Of a stretch of DNA of 64,000 nucleotides, positions 61,739-64,000 are shown piece after piece. Location: the NCBI RefSeq assembly GCF_032444005.1, contig NC_091287.1, forward strand, positions 575,608,001 through 575,672,000, in the 5' to 3' direction. The first letter of the stretch is position 1; each line of letters begins with the position of its first letter. The notes under the pieces are model-generated. The model saw only the letters and a list, made by a program, of their open reading frames with translations. It was not told where the DNA came from and did no database searches. Both the position numbers and the translations under genes were made by a program. This DNA is from Ranitomeya imitator. Lineage: Eukaryota.

Positions 61739-62775
61739 TGCAACATGTTCATACTCCAGGCCAGAGTGTGGAGCTCTGATCCAGCTTGTGGGTGGCTCCC
61801 CTATATATATTCTGGTCTGGAGGGAAAGTTAGTTGGTGAGAGGATTTACTGCCAAACAGCAGACTGGAGCAGTCTGAGGCTGAAAGGAAAGAGAGGGGCC
61901 GTGCAGCCACGAGAGATGCTGCAGCTCCTGAAAAGAAAGAGATAGAAAGTAAAAAGCAGAACAAGCTGTAGAGAGCATGAAGGGGAAATGACGCGCAGGA
62001 GAGTGAAGAGTTAGGGGGTTAGCTGCGACTGAGGTACCACCCTACTGAATGCAGATACCGGTAGCCGGAAGACCGGGGCTGTGAACTACTCTATGTCTCA
62101 CAGTAGAAATCGGCAGGACAGCTGGATTACAAATCACCTGTCCACCATAGAAACCTGAGGACATGGTAGCGCATAGAGCCTGGGTCATGATAGAGATCCT
62201 GTAAAAAGGCTTGAGCTACCTGTCGTATGGGTAGTGTCCTACCTGCAAGGAGGACAGAGAGAACACGTGAGGACCATGTGAGAGGCCTAAGGCAGCAAGA
62301 GACTACACCACAGCACTAGAAGGCTTCTAACCCCACCTGGTAAGGGGGACTCCCAACTTGCTTCCAAGCCAGCCGGACCACACCTGCACCCGTGATTTGG
62401 TGCCATGGACAGTGGCTGCCTGAATTCATCAGTAAACCAGGTAAAGAGACTACAACCCTGTGTCCTCCGTTTCTTGCTACACCATCCACCATCCTTATCT
62501 ATACTCTGGGAGCCCTGGGGACCCAGCTTCACCTGTGGGAAGTTATCCCATCCCTGCTGCCACAACATCACCCCAGATGACCCCTTTAAGCAGGGTCGGT
62601 CATCTCTGACCGAATACCACAGGTGGTGTCATGAACAAAATTTATTCACATAACCCCTTTAAAAGACATTCCCTTTAACATGGGCACCCAGGGCCGCAGA
62701 TTGGGTCGCCGCTGCTGTGACACATCCCTTTAAGTACTGGACCCGGTACCAAGTACCCCACGGACCTGGCGGGCT

Positions 62776-63780
62776 CACTACTGCCCCCGCAGTACAGGAG
62801 GATCACTACTGCCCCCGCAGTACAGGAGGATCACTACTGCCCCCGCAGTACAGGAGGATCACTACTGCCCCCGCAGTACAGGAGGATCACTACTGCCCCC
62901 GCAGTACAGGAGGATCACTACTGCCCCCGCAGTACAGGAGGATCACTACTGCCTCCGCAGTACAGGAGGATCACTACTGCCCCCCGCAGTACAGGAGGAT
63001 CACTACTGCCCCCGCAGTACAGGAGGATCACTACTGCCCCCGCAGTACAGGAGGATCACAACTGCCCCGCAGTACAGGAGGATCACTACTGCCCCCACAG
63101 TACAGGAGGATCACTACTGCCCCCACAGTACAGGAGGATCACTACTGCCCCCGCAGTACAGGAGGATCACTACTGCCCCCGCAGTACAGGAGGATCACTA
63201 CTGCCCCCGCAGTACAGGAGGATCATTGCTGCCCTTGCCGTACAGGAGGATCATTATTGCCCGCGCAGTACAGGAGGATCACTACTGCCCCCCGCAGTAC
63301 AGGAGGATCACTACTACCCCCCGCAGTACAGGAGGATCACTACTGCCCCCGCAGTACAGGAGGATCACTACTGCCCCCAGCAGTACAGGAGGATCACTAC
63401 TGCCCCCCGCAGTACAGGAGGATCACTACTGCCCCCGCAGTACAGGAGGATCACTACTGCCCCCCGCAGTACAGGAGGATCACTACTGTCCCCGCAGTAC
63501 AGGAGAATCACTACTGCCCCCGCAGTACAGGAGGATCACTACTGCCCCCGCAGTACAGGAGGATCACTACTGCCCCCCGCAGTACAGGAGGATCACTACT
63601 GCCCCCCGCAGTACAGGAGGATCACTACTGCCCCCGCAGTACAGGAGGATCACAACTGCCCCGCAGTACAGGAGGATCACTACTGCCCCCACAGTACAGG
63701 AGGATCACTACTGCCCCCGCAGTACAGGAGGATCACAACTGCCCCGCAGTACAGGAGGATCACTACTGCCCCCACAGTAC
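62776..63780. repeat. 28/29-bp minisatellite (CACTACTGCCCCCGCAGTACAGGAGGAT)
   Basis: Highly homogeneous tandem units. Confidence 0.96.
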
Positions 63781-63872
63781 GTAGCAATGGAAAAATTCCT
63801 CCATCTTCTTCCCCCATACATCGGCCGGTAAATTGCCCACATAAATGTGCCCATCTCCAGAGCACTGACCCC
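63781..63872 (-). pseudogene. SRSF9: SR-protein RRM fragment, SRSF9/SRSF1-like
   Basis: GQCSGDGHIYVGNLPADVWGKKMEEFFHCY resembles SRSF9 GDGRIYVGNLPxDVREKxLEDLFxxY; cut off by the minisatellite. Confidence 0.6.
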
Positions 63873-64000
63873 CAGCCAGGAAGATGGTCACTTGGTGGCT
63901 TGGTAAATGGTGTTCTGGGGGGACAATATTTGGGCTGACCAGGGTTATGGAATACATAGTGTCCCGAAATCCCTGGTCTCCTCTCTGATGTCATTTTTCT

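Larger units (their letters stand above)
59271..62775 (+). mobile_element. Non-autonomous LTR element: about 1.15-kb LTRs (59271-60427; 61335-about 62775) and about 0.9-kb internal region
   Basis: Both LTRs start TGTAACACC and align throughout; PBS at 60431-60448; GGGCGGGAAG PPT; no pol motifs. Confidence 0.85.

Noticed and set aside
62717-63831. 355-aa and 201-aa repeat ORFs
   Set aside because: Translations of the 28/29-bp array

Overview
Repeat-dense vertebrate genomic DNA, most likely an anuran (inferred from the TE and minisatellite repertoire), with one 162-N gap. One host gene is present: a divergent alanine aminotransferase (GPT/ALT)-like gene on the minus strand. Six exons are well supported (29712-29842, 15215-15304, 14742-14850, 14517-14650, 12008-12251, 421-500), there is a candidate first exon (30055-30091), and the 3' half lies left of the window. 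The rest is nested TEs and about a dozen minisatellite families. TEs: two full-length chromodomain Ty3/Gypsy (Tf1/sushi-type) elements and three related solo LTRs, two Gmr1-like Gypsy elements (integrase directly after protease), a canonical Gypsy, a non-autonomous LTR element, Penelope, Tc1, hAT, L2, young CR1 copies, a V-SINE and a tandem Helentron/DINE-like element. An SRSF9-like RRM relic sits at the right edge. Most striking: compensatory base changes between the PBS and the presumed transcript start that support tRNA-independent self-priming in the chromoviruses, a 6-bp TSD at all five of their insertions, and an ALT paralog that keeps its PLP-binding motifs but has rewritten N-terminal motifs.
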